Positions 1 to 12,989 of a DNA stretch of 64,000 nucleotides are shown in pieces. The position numbers and the translations under genes are program-made. Under the pieces are notes generated by a model. It did not search any database. It was not told the origin of the DNA and saw only the letters and a list, made by a program, of their open reading frames with translations. The stretch is from NCBI GenBank assembly GCA_004431415.1, contig QPMI01000425.1, positions 1 through 64,000 on the forward strand, in the 5' to 3' direction. The DNA is from Cyanophora paradoxa CCMP329 (taxonomy: Eukaryota; Plantae; Glaucophyta). The number at the start of each line of letters is the position of its first letter. Position 1 is the first letter of the stretch.

Positions 1-2241
1 CTTCCAACTGATAGTAAGGGAGGAGAAAGGGACACAGGTGGGATTGGAGTAAGATTAAACTTTCGCAAAATACAATCCAACAGGATATCGCTGACAGAGC
101 ATAGGTCACTGTTGCATTTCCGACAAGTGTAAAGCCGGTTGTTGTTATATTTGTGGCGACAAATGGAGAGTAACCAAGGGGCGCATTGTTGAGAGAGGTA
201 GATGATCCATTATTGATCACATACAAATTCGTGTCTGTTATTTCAATAGTAGGAGGGGAAACAAAAGGTGTCTCAAATGTGAAATTAAAATTCGCTGGAA
301 CCCCTGCAAGGTATCTATATGTTGATGCTGATATCTCGGATGCCTGGAATACTTTGCTTCCCCTCTGCACTACATTACTTGTGTCTTTCACATTGTGGTA
401 GGATATACTGGGAGTCGGGGAGAGCACCAACGAAATAGCATCTGGTAAATCAGACTTTGTAATATACAGCTCTTTAAGATACTCCTTTTTGAAAGGGGCG
501 GTCAGATCTCCAATAGTAGCCATGACCCTGCGACCACAATATTACAGGTGTTTGCATTCAAAGTATAAACTGTGTTCCACCTCAAAGAATTCGCCCCAAG
601 ATCGAAATTCTGTGAGAAGGGAACGATATTGCTACCTTGTAAATCTCGGTAAACCTTCACTCTGGGTTTGCTATCGAATTCAGGGGTGATATAATTGATG
701 TTAAGAGTGAAACTAATAGTAGCTTCGGAACTCAATGAGTTGTTTTCGGATGATAAGTAAATTGTATGTCTCGTTAATGACAAACGAAACCTGAAACCCT
801 GTGGAGGTGACATTTTGGATAAATGCTTTATTAGATTCATTATTGTTATAGATAGGATTATAATAAGTAGTGTGATCCACCAATGAAACAGTGGGTATAC
901 TCTCGAAACTGTGACACCCAACTGATCCCAAGTGAATGTATATGTAGGTTTGCCTACATAAGCGACATAGACCCCATTTGCGAGCTGCTGAGGGTATCCC
1001 TCGACAGTGTAGGTCTCAGTTCGCGAAACTGAGCGGGAAAGGTTACTATTAAAGTCGTGTAGCTGATCAGAGCTCTCTCATCAGTGGGTATTGATTGGGT
1101 CGGAGTGAGTGATTTAATGGAAGGATTAAATTGGAGGCAAACATGGAAACTCCATGCATCTGACCATCTCAGATTCGATAAACCAACTCGGTATGTGTTA
1201 TCAGTCGCGGGGTAAATGTTCCTTTTCGATAGAATATGGGCTAAGGTAATTGCAAGCGCTCCATCTGCTGCAAAGAGAGCATTAATTTCGGATTGCAAAG
1301 CGGCTATTTCGGTTGTGTGGGTCGTGAGGGTTCCATCCTGACTGGAATCTTTGGTGTTCTTGCTCCTTTCAAACTCCAAAAACGCCTTTACAATGTCCTT
1401 GCCCAAAAGATCGTTTATATTGTCTCTGGTAATGTGAACATGATCTGTTCTCAGTGCCTGCTTCTCTGTGGTAAATGCCGGAATTTCCTCTGCAAATGAT
1501 ATAGTCGTTTTATCAAGTGCTAAGGATCTCACATTCGGAGCATTGGCGCCAATTATATCCACAACGTTCCCATTTTCGACAATTTCTAAGGTCGGTTTCG
1601 CGGGTCTAATGTGAAAACGCCTCTGTGATTGGGAACCGATCGCTCTTCTGAATAATAAAAGAATCAAGGGTAAGATTGCATGTAGCGACATTAGTGGCGA
1701 AAAACGACTCGGAGTTAAGCGAGTTTACGTTTAGGGTATCCGTAGTGATGTTTACTTGCTGTAATATTGCTCGTCGTTAGATTACCTGCTGAGAGATCAT
1801 GGACGACCTCTACCTTTGTTTTTCGTGTGGATACTCCGGCTATAAGCGTGCTATTATCCCGATTCTCATAGCTGCATTTTGGAAACCGCTCTCATCTTGA
1901 ATGAAGAAGTTTAAGCGACCTCTATCGAAAGCTTTTGGGATGTTCCTACGATTATATCGCACCGTTTTGGGTAACTGACGAGTCGCCTGGATGCTGGCAA
2001 CTCTGTTTCGCTCGTTATCATCAAGTAAAAAGTCGATTCCAAGTTTATGATCCCCCTTCTCGACGTTCATTAACTGCAAAGCTGCGGGTCTGCTCGGTGT
2101 TCCACTGACTGGATCTTCGCGGTCTGCATTGTAATTTATTCTGATAGACCCACGAATTTCGGTGTTTACCTGGTCAGTGTCCTCTATCTGCGTGGTCGAA
2201 TTAATTACTCGTGCATCGGGTCTCGGATTCAGGAACGACAT
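1..2241 (-). CDS. Fibre/tail-fibre-like virion protein(s) of element A, frameshifted, running off the window start
   Basis: ORF pieces 1840-2241, 954-1691, 502-921 and upstream frames. Fibre-type motifs IYPATDNTYRVGLSNLRW, IVPFSQNFDLGANSLRWNTVY and NVTSTGF. The N-terminus (IPKAFDRGRLNFFIQDESGFQNAAMRI) is homologous to the element B gene starting at 20288 (IPSRFDSGRLVFNVQDEQGKQNTALRI). Confidence 0.6.
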
Positions 2242-2283
2242 CCTCTTTATAACAAAGAAGATATATAAGAAGTATATAAGATA

Positions 2284-3775
2284 ATGAAGACCGTCTCGCT
2301 TTGAGTGGAGGGGGGTCGCGCGGAATAATCGAGGCTGCTATACTGGCACAGATTGAAGCACAAACAGGTAACGATCCAACAGCTATTCGACTGCTTTGCG
2401 GGAACATCCACAGGTGGATTAATCGCGCCTCCTATTGAATATCAAGGGAACCGATGGCGCCCCTAAATATACTGCTACTGATATTCTGGCGCTCTACAAA
2501 GCGAAGCTACCGCTGATTTTCGCAATCACGAGTGCTTACATCGATTGTACAGCGCCCCAAAGTACGAAGCAACTAACTTAGAAGACGGTGGCTCTCGAAC
2601 TCTGCGGCTCAGCGACCATGGCGGATCTCTATAAACCCACCATCGTGACTTGCGTTCGACACGGGTCTTAATGTCCCCGTTTTTATTTCAAGCAACGATG
2701 AAGATATTAATGGGATGCTTGTGCGGATGCTGCAAGGGCTACCTCGGCTGCTCCGACCTATTTCGAGCCGAAACAAGTCACAGTCGCCGGGAGAACATAT
2801 TGTTTTAATCGATGGTTGCATGAGCGGAAATAATTCGCCCGGGATCTGTGGCTACACGTTCGCCCGACTTTATTCGGAAACTCATGCGAGGAGGAGCTTA
2901 TCGTGGGTTTCGATTACGGCGGGTCACGTCCAAGACTCTGATAAGGCGACAGCTGGATATTCGTACGACACTATGAAAAATTGGGGGATCGTGCAATGGA
3001 TGCTAAGCGCCACGGATCGCCAATTCTCAGCATGTTCTTAGAGTCGAGCGATCTTAAAACGCCCACGTAAAGCTGCTGGAACTTTTACCCAGAACGATGA
3101 TCAGAATTACGATCGCTACTATAAGCTGAGCGTTCCTTTACCGAAAGATAAAATGACCCTCGATACTATCACAACGAGTCACCTGCAATATTTGGAAACG
3201 GAAGCGCTCGCCTTTGTTTCCGCACAGCAAACGTATTTTAATGCGATGTATTCAGTGCTGACATGAATATCTCAGAGGGCGATGTTCCCATAATTAATCT
3301 GTCCGGGTGCACAGATGTAAGCGCACCCCCGGAGTCTAACTGGGTGCCGCTCGATAATAGCGCCTTTATTGCGGAATTCGGCACAGCCTCCAATGCCCGC
3401 TGGTCGAATGCTACGGGGTGGGTGGGATTTACAAACCCGCCGCAAGGTAGTAGGTCGGGAGGCAATTATTTACGCATCGATTTTCCGCGTCTGTTTATGC
3501 TTTCCTCTATAAAAAATGAAGCCGGCTGCGAATGGAAACTATATTAAAACGTTTGAGATCGATTACCAGCTTACTCCCGGAGTTTCTGCGCTTGTTACAT
3601 ACACAGAAGCCGGCGCGACGAGAGTGTTTACCAATGCAAATCAAATAGCCGGAAGTGCGGATCCCGACGAACATTTCTTAGCGAACCCGAGATCTGTGAG
3701 AACCCTCGTAATCTGGGTGCTCACGACGAATAGCTTCGGCATGCCGAATTGATTTCGAGGGCTACTATGTGTGAC
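2284..3775 (+). CDS. Patatin-like phospholipase with C-terminal discoidin/F5-8C-like domain (element A), frameshifted
   Basis: Across frames: LSGGGSRGII glycine loop, GTSTGG nucleophile motif, ATSAAPTYF and IDG motifs. C-terminal YLRIDF...YIKTFEIDY...RIDFEG resembles the discoidin fold. Confidence 0.8.
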
Positions 3776-4627
3776 GTGTGACAGCGCTTAATCGTGATCA
3801 CTTCGAGCTGGAACGAGAATGAGAGACCGTTTATATCCGCAACAGAGCCCCGCCATTTTCGAAGCGAAATTGTGAGGCGATCTAAATCGAGTTGCGATGT
3901 GACATTTACGAAAGGGATGCTTGCGCTCGGTTCGTGGTAAAAGGAATATCTACCAAAGTCCGAATTCATCTGAATTCGCAATAGATAGGAGTCGTCGACA
4001 TTGTTTTGTCTACCTGTAACCGCTGCGAATTTGGTAAACGGGCGGAGCTCTTCGATATCAAGGTAAATATATGGAATCGCATTAAAGTCGACCATTTTCG
4101 GGCATATAATCGCGTAGCGACTGGGGTAATCTCTGAGTGGAACCGTCACTGGTTCTGTGTGCTGGCGTAAACCACTCCGGGTTCTATGCCGAGACAATCA
4201 CAGAACTCCTGGTCTGAGGACTCTAATGTAAACGGGCTGTTTGGAGAGAGAACACGAAGCGGTTGTAGACAGAGCGAGAGAATAGGAAACCGGGAAGAGA
4301 CCGAGTGGATTAAAAGAACCGCCTGAAAACCGAGTAAAGCATCCTGTTTAAAGCTCTCTCTTTCGGATATCGTTCGTTATCAGCATCGACGTAATAATAG
4401 TCGTTTACGCTGGGAATCGGTGCTATCATTTTGGATGCGGGGATTACTGTGGGCTCTTCGTTCAGAAGCGTTATAGTTATTGTCTGATCGGGCGGAACAA
4501 CATAAGAGCTATTAGGAATCTCAGCTGATAGCACACGAAATCGTCGTACATTATTAAGGCGCGTTTTCAAGTGCAGCACGCCGTTTTCAAGGTCTCTACT
4601 GTCGCAATTTATTGTTATTCTTTTCAT
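3721..4627 (-). CDS. Minor capsid (penton-like) protein 1, element A, frameshifted
   Basis: N-terminal INCDSRD...NVRRFRVLSAEIPNS and C-terminal YIYLDIEEL...LDRLTISLR...DINGLSFSFQLEV match the usual PLV minor capsid signature. Confidence 0.75.
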
Positions 4628-4643
4628 AATCTATTATAGTAAG

Positions 4644-5570
4644 ATGAAAGAATACCTGAGCTTTTCGAGCGATGATCGCGACGAGGAGTTCACACAGCCA
4701 AACAAGTATGTAGTGACATTACCCCGTCGCTATGACAACGTAAAATCGGTGCGCCTGGTGCAGGCAACGGTTCCAATGTTCTATCGACCGTGACAAACGA
4801 TATAGACGCCACTGGTGCAACCATCGAGCGCATGGAACTCTATTTCTCGGTCACAGCTTCGGATTCCGGATTCGTGACCATCACAATCCCCAAAGGATTT
4901 TACACCAAAGACGACCTTGCCGCAAAAGTCACAGAAAGACTCGAAGCAGCTCGCCTTTCAGATTTCGGTGGAAAATATATTAAATGCCGCTATAATACTA
5001 CTTCAAAGATCTATGAGTTTTTCAGTGATAGTAATTTTGGTTCAAGTTCTCTCAAAGCTTCCCCTGAAACCACACTCAGAAAATCCAGTAATCGCAAAGC
5101 AATCGCTAAGAAACTCGCAATATTCGGTTTCAAAGATATTCAGCTATATGTTTACGAGACATTTACCCCTCTTGCAAGCGATACATTCCTTGTATTTAAT
5201 CCTGGACGGGACTGTGACACTTAATCGACGCATTCGCGGCTATACTCGTGGAGATGAGACCCCGGCTGCAATGATCTGGCTATATATTGACGAATTCGCG
5301 CCGTTTATTCGCTCAGTCAACAAGCACGTCGACGGTTATTTCATGCGCATTCCAATCCCACAGGAACTCGAACATGGTGATATCTACCACTTCGACACGT
5401 CCACTACTGTGCCTCTCGTTCGCGAATTCCGCGAATTAAAATCTTTCGACCGCCTCACGATTAAACTCATCGACCATGATGGCGCTCTCTTAGATTTCGG
5501 GGTTTGGGCGCATTATTTCACTTTTGAAATCGAAACCTACGACGCACCGCCCGAAATGAATTTCTACTAA
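4644..5570 (+). CDS. Minor capsid (penton-like) protein 2, element A, frameshifted
   Basis: SSDDRD...YVVTLPRRYDNVKSVRLVQATVP at the start; FDRLTIKLIDHDGALLDFG...FTFEI at the end. Confidence 0.75.
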
Positions 5571-5617
5571 GCCCTTTAAATTATTTTCTGATCCCAAAGA
5601 TAAGAGAAGAAACGCTC

Positions 5618-6929
5618 ATGGAGACTAACAGCCAATTCCAGCGCCCAACGCTGAAATCTATGCTCACCACCGATGACTACAAGGATTATTTCCTAAACAA
5701 GTCGCTGGTCATTGGAACGTCCTCTGGCACTAAGCCACTTCGAGTTCTGGTCGCCCCCGACACTGAGCCACCCAGCGCTCTCGGCAACCGAGTTGTCTTC
5801 AAAATCCCCCGCTACCATTTCCTGAATGGTCTCGCGCTGCAACTCGATCTTAACCCGATCACCCTCACTGATCTCACGAATGGTGTCGCTGGAACTACTG
5901 GCTACCTTCGCGTTATTGGATCGCTAATTAAGCGCATCGAAATCTCTCACGCTTCATTCCGCTACGTTGTCCCAGAGGATTTCGTCACCCAGTATTTTCT
6001 ACTGATGACCGAACAGGGCGAACTCGATAAGAAACTTCGCTATGTGGGTGGTCTTGTCGGAACCGCTGGTAACACTGTCGGTGGAACCTACGAAATCGAT
6101 TTACCCTCTCCTTTCGAGAAGGCGATGTTCCCACTTTGCGCTCTGAACTCTGAGATCGTGGTCGAAATCGAATTCAAGGCGATTGGTGATGGTATCATTG
6201 AGGATGTAAACAATGTTGGCAATATTTCGGTCGTAAACAATGGTGCTTCCCTTCAAGTGCTGAAACCCCGCATTATCTGCAAGGTCGTAAATGCCGATGA
6301 GGCGGTTGTATCTGAGACCATTGCCCGTGTTAAAATCGACTGGTATCGCGATCCCCTACAACGAAATCGGTTTCCTCCACACAGATTTCCAGCCGACCGC
6401 CTCCGGTTCGCGAGTCAATCTCTCGCAACTCACAGGTGCGGGTCTCATCCACACTCTCGTATTCTCTGTGCGCCAAAACGCGAAGACGAAGGTGAACAAC
6501 GGAACTCTCTCGGTTCTGGCTCCTCGTGCACTCCGAACCAACGCTGTAAGCTTCTATGTGGAACTCAACAATAACCGCCTTACTCGAATACTTCGCTTCC
6601 TCTCATGATTGCCGCGACCGAACTTCAAGATAAATATAATTCGGCGATTTTACCGAGAGCACAAGCTACCCCGCTCTCACTGGCATTTACTTCGGTGCTG
6701 GAAACGGAAAGGCGTCGCTTCTCAACCAAGAGAACACGGGCTACATCGATGCCACAGGCACATCGGCGTTCGATCTGGTCTTCGAATTCAATGTGTCACA
6801 GCCGGTGGAGTCGGTAATGAGGAGTGGTATGCGGGCTCCGCTTTTCCAGAAGATGCAAATTCAGTGCATTGCGCTCGCTCATAACATAATGATAATTGGC
6901 GCCACGGAATCAGGCGTGTGAGTAGCTAA
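5618..6929 (+). CDS. Major capsid protein (double jelly-roll, inferred), element A, frameshifted
   Basis: About 435 codons. RVVFKIPRY..L..L.LQLDL, GSLIKRIEI and FPLCAL.SEIVVEIEF recall NCLDV/PLV capsid motifs. It lies between the pentons and the packaging ATPase, with a homologue at 23894-25260. Confidence 0.7.
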
Positions 6930-7055
6930 GGAATTCGTGCGATTACCACATTCAGTCTTATTTTTACAACATTTTCATCGTTTTGGAAATTCCCAGTAAG
7001 AGATACCCACAAAAGCATTAAAGACAAGACAACAATCAGTATATTAAGAAACAAG

Positions 7056-7997
7056 ATGACTCCCGCTCTGACTCACGATCAATTCGTAGCTCGGTCTCAG
7101 AAAGATTCCCAGGTAAATTTGCATATGAGAAGGCGAAGTATAAAACATACTGCTTCGACAAGGTCACTTTGATTTGTCTGACATGTAACACAGAATTCGA
7201 ATGTCTGCCTTCAAACCATTTGAAAAAAAGGTGGATATGGAGGGTGTCCCGAATGTTGCAAGGTCATGCTTCACAATGATAGAGTCACTCAAAGGACTTG
7301 TTTTTGGAGCGAGCTCGATCAGTGCATGGAGACCAATACGATTATGACTTGACGAATTACAGAAACTGTCGATCTAAGATTCTATTCACTGCAAACAGTG
7401 CGGACAACGACTTTGAGAAGACTGTGTGTAAGGTTGTGCGAAGCGAAGGATGCCCGAAGTGTAGTTTCAAAGCGAAATGCAAGAAAAGAAGTAAGCCACT
7501 CGATATATTTTTGAGCGAAGTCAGTGAAGTTCATGGAGATCTTATGACTATTCAGCAACAGAATAACACAAACAAACGCACACACGTTACCATTAATGCA
7601 AGAAAATGTAGCTCAAAGTTTCATGCCTACCACAGAATCATCTACGGGGGACTGGTTGCCCCCGCTGCAATTTTCGAAAGGAGAAATCGCCGTTGAACAA
7701 GTCTTGAAGTCTTTGGAGCTTACATTTAAACAACAGCACCGTTTTGCAACTGCAAAAATAAAAACACGCTTCCTTTCGACTTTTACATTCCTTCATTGAA
7801 GATGCAATTGAGTATGACGGGCGCTTACATTATGAGCCGGTCGATTACTTTGGGGTCAGGAGAGATTAGATACGATTCGGCTTCATGATGGCATAAAGAA
7901 CCGCTACTGCGAAGCTAACAACATTAAGCTCCTCCGCATACCATACACTGAAAACTGATATTAAGGTTGCATTGAGCGCTTCCTCTCATCGCTCTAA
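7056..7997 (+). CDS. Zn-binding-repeat (DUF723-like) plus PD-(D/E)xK endonuclease, element A, frameshifted
   Basis: Repeated HG.xYDY...CxxC...GCPxC units; C-terminal PFDFYI...IEYDG..H...LLRIPY; intact homologue at 25334-26065. Confidence 0.75.
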
Positions 7998-8042
7998 TTA
8001 CCACACTCAGTCTTATTTTTCTATTGTTTTTATAGTGAAAGA

Positions 8043-8840
8043 ATGCAAAAGGGACGACGCCATGGATCTCGAAGAATGGAACCCGAAACAAAGGGTGAAA
8101 CTTCCCGCACGATTTCTCCTATTGGCGAAAACCAATTGTGGTAAATCGGTATTCTTAAAGTGGCTGATCAAAGAACTCGAAGACCAGATCTCGTATGTTC
8201 TGGTTTTCTGTCCTACGAGTTTTAACGGTTTCTGGGGTCAAATAACAGACGAAGTGCATGATACTGGAAACCGGAATATGTAGAGTCGATCATAGAAGCC
8301 CGCAAAAAAGCCATCATCGCGGGTAAGAAACCAAAGAATATTCTCATCGTACTCGACGATTGTTTGGAGTCCGGAACTATCGATCTTTCGCGCGATCATT
8401 TGCTAAATAAATTGATGGCGCAAGGTCGTCATACGTTTTGTTCCGTGCTTTAATATCGCAGAAACTAACAAAACTTTCAACGTCATTCGCAGCAATGCGG
8501 AGTATATCATATTCCTAAGCTGGTCAACATGCGAGAGTTTGAAGCATATCACGAGGAATTCGGGAACATGGATAAGGAGAGTTCAAGCGCATGTTCCAAG
8601 AATTCTGTCATAGCTACCAAGCGATCATTCACGATAATACCGGGTATTCTGTGCGATGGTGGGTCGAAAAAGCCGATATGATCGATGACCACCCGTTTAC
8701 TAATTCCACAAGCGGGCGGCTTTTGAAGAAAGAAGCGCAAACAGCAAGAGGAGCAAGCTACAAAACCGCGCCTGTCAAAGATTCGACAACTGTCTGTAAA
8801 ACTTTTCCAAATTTGAACGTGAGCTTGAAGGTATCCCCAA
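8043..8840 (+). CDS. A32/FtsK-like genome packaging ATPase, element A, frameshifted
   Basis: Walker A AKTNCGKS, Walker B ILIVLDD, and the GRH motif (caaggtcgtcat at ~8421). Confidence 0.85.
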
Positions 8841-8899
8841 ACTTTCCCAAATTTCGCCTAAGAAAAGAAAATGTAATCAAATGTAAAGAGAAGATAATC

Positions 8900-9480
8900 A
8901 TGGTCTACCGAAAGAAGCCTCAAACCCTACAAGCGGTCGCTTCTGGTAATCCTAATCGCGGACTTGAAGAGTCTGGATTAACGTCGGGTGGCGTCTCGAA
9001 ATGCCCGAATATCTTGTAGACACTTCGCCAGAAGAGGTCGCCAAGCAAGAGGCAATTATTGCGGGTGCCACCGCGGACAAGGGCAACCAAGATAGCGGTA
9101 AACGCCAAATGGAGGATTTAGCTACTGTAAAACACAGATTGGAGGCGGCTCTGTTGATGAAGCAACCGACAAAGTACTCAAAGCGCAAGTTGTTGCAAGC
9201 CACACAGACACAAGACGTCCCGAAAGCCGCCGAAACCGAGCTTAAAAAGCGCGGATCCTATCAAAAACACACTGGTTCCAGTCGACGTTGTCATGAGCTT
9301 CGAAGAGAAAGTGCGAGATCTTGAAATGAAAGTGTCAAACTACGAGAAATGGATGCAAGATTATAACGACGCAAGAAATTAAAGGGGCTCGTAAAGAAAG
9401 ATCTCGAAACTCGGATTAAAGCAAAAAGTCGACGTAGAGGAGATTAAAAAGGAGGAAAAGACAGATGCGCAAGCCGTGAC
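8900..9480 (+). CDS. Charged hypothetical protein (possible core protein), element A, frameshifted
   Basis: IIAGATADKG matches RIIGAADDKG in the syntenic element B gene 26944-27678; basic, coiled C-terminal half. Confidence 0.5.
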
Positions 9481-9808
9481 TCGTCAGCAATCGGTCGCCC
9501 CGCAATATGCTCACATAGTGCCGACTGCACCAGCGAATTTCGCGGCAATGCTCGGTGGTAAACGCCATATTCGTTATGGCTGTGAATATCCGCAAGGCAA
9601 AGCTGAATCCGCCCGTATTTAGAGCGGGTCTTAGCGGCACGCAGCTTGCCTCGCGCAAGCGCTATGAATGCCCTTGCAAAACGGGCATGTCGGCTCCATA
9701 AACAGCATTATAAGGTCGACCAACTCGTAGGGGAACACACGAGCAAGTAAAGCCCTCATTCCCTTTTATTTCTCCGATATTTAATACGTTGCCCATTTGT
9801 AGGGTCGA

Positions 9809-10218
9809 TGAATTTCATCACACAATGCATCGAAATGTTTCATTTGCATTTTACAAGCACGTGCCACAACTCTGCTGCGACACAACCGTAGAGGTTGATA
9901 TTACAGATGAAGACCATGAGGTAGGCGCCTTTCTGTATATTCTAACCACAGCGACAATCACAACCACACACGATCTCGATCGCCCTCGCCTGTGCGCACG
10001 CTATGAGTTCCAATATCGAGACCTCTCAGATAGAGGATGTGCATGTAGAGCATATAGAAGGCGATCATGTCCTGAATTTGTGGAAGGGCATTTGCGCGCT
10101 GATCTCACCTTATCCGATGTATAGATTGGATCAAATGGCATTAGGCGACGATGACAGCTTAACAAACCCTTATGTAATCCTCAGCAACAAGAAAGAAACC
10201 GTCTGGAACGGTTATTGA
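9809..10218 (+). CDS. Small Cys-rich hypothetical protein, element A, frameshifted
   Basis: MNFITQCIEM...CCDTTVEVDITDED aligns with 27701-27973 (MDIIRKFIEM...CCDTTIEFEMSDTED). Confidence 0.55.
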
Positions 10219-10340
10219 GCGGTGAATTTCGGTGGCGCTTGTATCGATCCGAGGGCAAAAATTGAAGGTTTCGGTAAAGGTATATAAGGGCAAGGGAAAT
10301 AATACAGAGTGACAAAAACTATTTTCTCCGGTTATAGTAA

Positions 10341-10668
10341 ATGGCGAAACCCAAGATCTCGAACCAAGAGGCAATGGCGCACAGCAGGAAAAGCGCAGAC
10401 CCGGGAGACCGAAAAAGGTGATCACAGAAGAGGAGAAAGCCGAGAGATTACGACTAAAACGCGAGAAAGATGCAGAGCGGCAGCGAAACAAGCATCAGAG
10501 ACAAAAGCAGAGCGATTAGCCGCAGGGGAAGCGACCGTATTTACCCCGGAGCAGCTACAAAAGATCGCAATTCGTAAACAGCAGCGATACCAAGACGATG
10601 AAGAGTATCGGAGAAAATCAGGAAAAGCACGGGAATACCAACGCAGAAAAAGACGGAACGAAAGCTGA
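10341..10668 (+). CDS. Small basic hypothetical protein, element A
   Basis: QQRYQDDEEYRRK resembles QKRYREDPEYREYKK of the syntenic ORF 27957-28205. Confidence 0.45.
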
Positions 10669-10908
10669 ATCCGCCGGTGAAGCCCCAGCCGCAAAAGCCC
10701 GCTGGAGACCCCGAAGCATGTGTCGAGAACGCGAAAAATTCGTAGCGAAAGTATCCGTACGACGCAAAAAATGATTATTTTTTACCTCCCTTTTTATTCC
10801 CCGTATCGTCGAAAAAGCATTTAAGGAATTAACAACAGGGTATGAAAAGGAGGATTTGGTAATTGCGCCGAAATTATTTTCTCCGGTTATTTTAAAAGAA
10901 CTAATAGA

Positions 10909-11072
10909 GATGCCGCGCAGCACAGAATCGCTAACAATGTTCGGGAGGAATTATCGGATACATTATGCAGGGATTGAGTCAGGATTTGCTAACGAAGAAC
11001 AGGCGCATTGGCGATGAACAGCACGATGAACAGGAAGCCCAAGCTCCAAACGCTGATCGACATTCGGATATC
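10909..11072 (+). pseudogene. Detached 5' end of the element A PolB-helicase gene
   Basis: ATG follows the AAATTATTTTCTCCGG motif. Removing element B and one TSD copy gives ...EQEAQAPNADRHSD-TLNGIINPRV..., in frame with ORF 39260-43414. One further frameshift near 11010 is needed to reach the 10909 ATG. Confidence 0.7.
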
Positions 11073-12112
11073 ACCATAGTAAAATGCGGAGTTTTAACCC
11101 TCGGCTTATCTTAATTGATTTTGTTGATATCTCGTATATTCTATTCAATCAATCGATAATCTGTGTGTATCTTATCGAATATTCAATTATTTCGATTATT
11201 TTGTATTCTTTTCGATATTTTATCGTAAATTCTCTTATTTTCCGATTAGTCTTACTTAGTCTATCGATAATCTGTATATATTCCGATAATATAACTGAAT
11301 CTCATTATATCTTGCCTCTGGTTAAAACTCCGCATTTTACTATGTGTGAATGGTCATTTGTTTAATTGATTTAATCGATATTATATTCATGTACTTTCTC
11401 GATTAAATTTAATTAAATTTAATTCATTTAATCGGAAACATATCGCTTAAACTCGATTAAGATCCATAAAAGATTCATTTGTTAAATAAAACAAATAGAT
11501 CTCTTATTGAATCCAATCGATATAATACATAAAATTATATGTTTTTTATCATGTTTTTATGAGTCTAAGGGGGGTCCTTAGGAATTTGATGAATAATTGG
11601 GTGTCACAGGTGTCACAGGTCCATCCAAACTTTTGAAAATTCACTCTTTATAGGAGAAACTTGGGATAGACCTGTGACCCTGTGACACATACCATATTCA
11701 GTAAGGACCTCTTTATAATGAAAAACGCAGTAATTATCTTATCTATGTTTTCTAATTAAATGAATAAATGATTTAATCGAGTGTCACAGGTGTCACAGGT
11801 CCATCCCAAACTTTTGGAATTTACTCTTTATAGGAGAAACTTTGGGATAGACCTGTGACACTGTGACACACAACATATTCAGTAAGGACCCATATATTGT
11901 TAAAATCTCAGTGTTAGTTGGTGTAGTTGATTCAAAAAATGCATTTATACTCTGATTCATTGTTATTTCCTGTGAAATTTGAGTCAACTCAACCCACTTA
12001 GTCAACCCTCCCATTGGAATTCGTAACAAAATCCATATACTTTACTACTTTTACGATTAATATGAGTCAACTTGAGTCCACTAAATTATATTGGGGAATG
12101 AAGGGAGATGCT
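11073..12112 (+). repeat. Left terminal inverted repeat of element B
   Basis: Reverse complement of 38205-39263, differing mainly by single-base deletions; begins AC(A)CATAGTAAAATGCGGAGTTTTAACC. Confidence 0.95.
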
Positions 12113-12260
12113 GAGTTTTATTGTAAGGAAATCGATAGTATTCGAAATGTAAATATTCTATTGTAGGAAAGGGATATATTATATCCTTTTGTTATAATAG
12201 CTGATCAATGTTATTGTAATAAAAAAGGTAAATCACCCTGATCATCATTATAGAAACCCA

Positions 12261-12650
12261 TCAAAACGGAAATCTATCATGTTTATGCCTCTCAGTCTTC
12301 TCAAATGTTAAGAAATTCATTGTTTTATCGATCTTATCTGCTACTGCTTGTGTTTTATGCTGAGCGTCTTACCACAACTGAATATATCAATGCTAACATG
12401 CCTTCATTGGAATAACAATGAGCTGTACAATGGCTTCATCTAATAGCAGAACCAATGCAAACCAGGAGGTGATACTTTGCCATCAATATCTCACAATGTT
12501 TGTGAACAATCCTAATGCCTTGCCTAATACTGCTTGTTCAAGGGTTCTCATAATCCAATTACCAAGGAGCTTACATGCTCATGTCCTGTTGCAATAGTGT
12601 TTTAGCCTTGTAATCAAGCATAACATGAAAGCCCCTGTATTGAGTCTCAT
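12261..12650 (-). CDS. speD: S-adenosylmethionine decarboxylase-like proenzyme (prokaryotic short type), element B, frameshifted
   Basis: Reverse strand reads ...TQYRGFHVMLDY...SPPGF...LLDE(S)H...DIFSCG...RFPF*, matching the intact copy at 45186-45578. Confidence 0.75.
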
Positions 12651-12769
12651 TAAGAATACTTAGAAAAATTATTAAACCTAATCGAACCTAATGCAAACAT
12701 CTTATATTCCACTGTGATTGATGAAGTAGCCTTTTCCTATAAGCTTGAGAATGCTTTTTGTTGCATTCC

Positions 12770-12940
12770 CTGCACCTGATCCCTTCACATGATTAAAGGG
12801 ATAGGTAAGGATCACCTTATTACACTGCAAACATCTAACAGATACTTCTCTTGAGTTGATGTAATTGTCTCACTGTAATCGAATTTATCTTTACCATGAA
12901 CTGTCATACAGCATCATAAACTTTTTTGTTTACTATCCAT
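12770..12940 (-). CDS. Single Zn-binding (DUF723-like) repeat protein, frameshifted
   Basis: VHGKDKFDYS...VRCLQCNK...NHVKGSG, the same repeat type as the endonuclease N-terminus. Confidence 0.45.
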
Positions 12941-12989
12941 ACTCTATATATAACCAATATTCTATGGAGCAGTATCCTGCCCAAAAATG

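Noticed and set aside
11084-12029. ORFs inside the TIRs (also 38286-38495 and 39003-39251)
   Set aside because: AT-rich repeat sequence, and the frames are not conserved between the two TIR copies.
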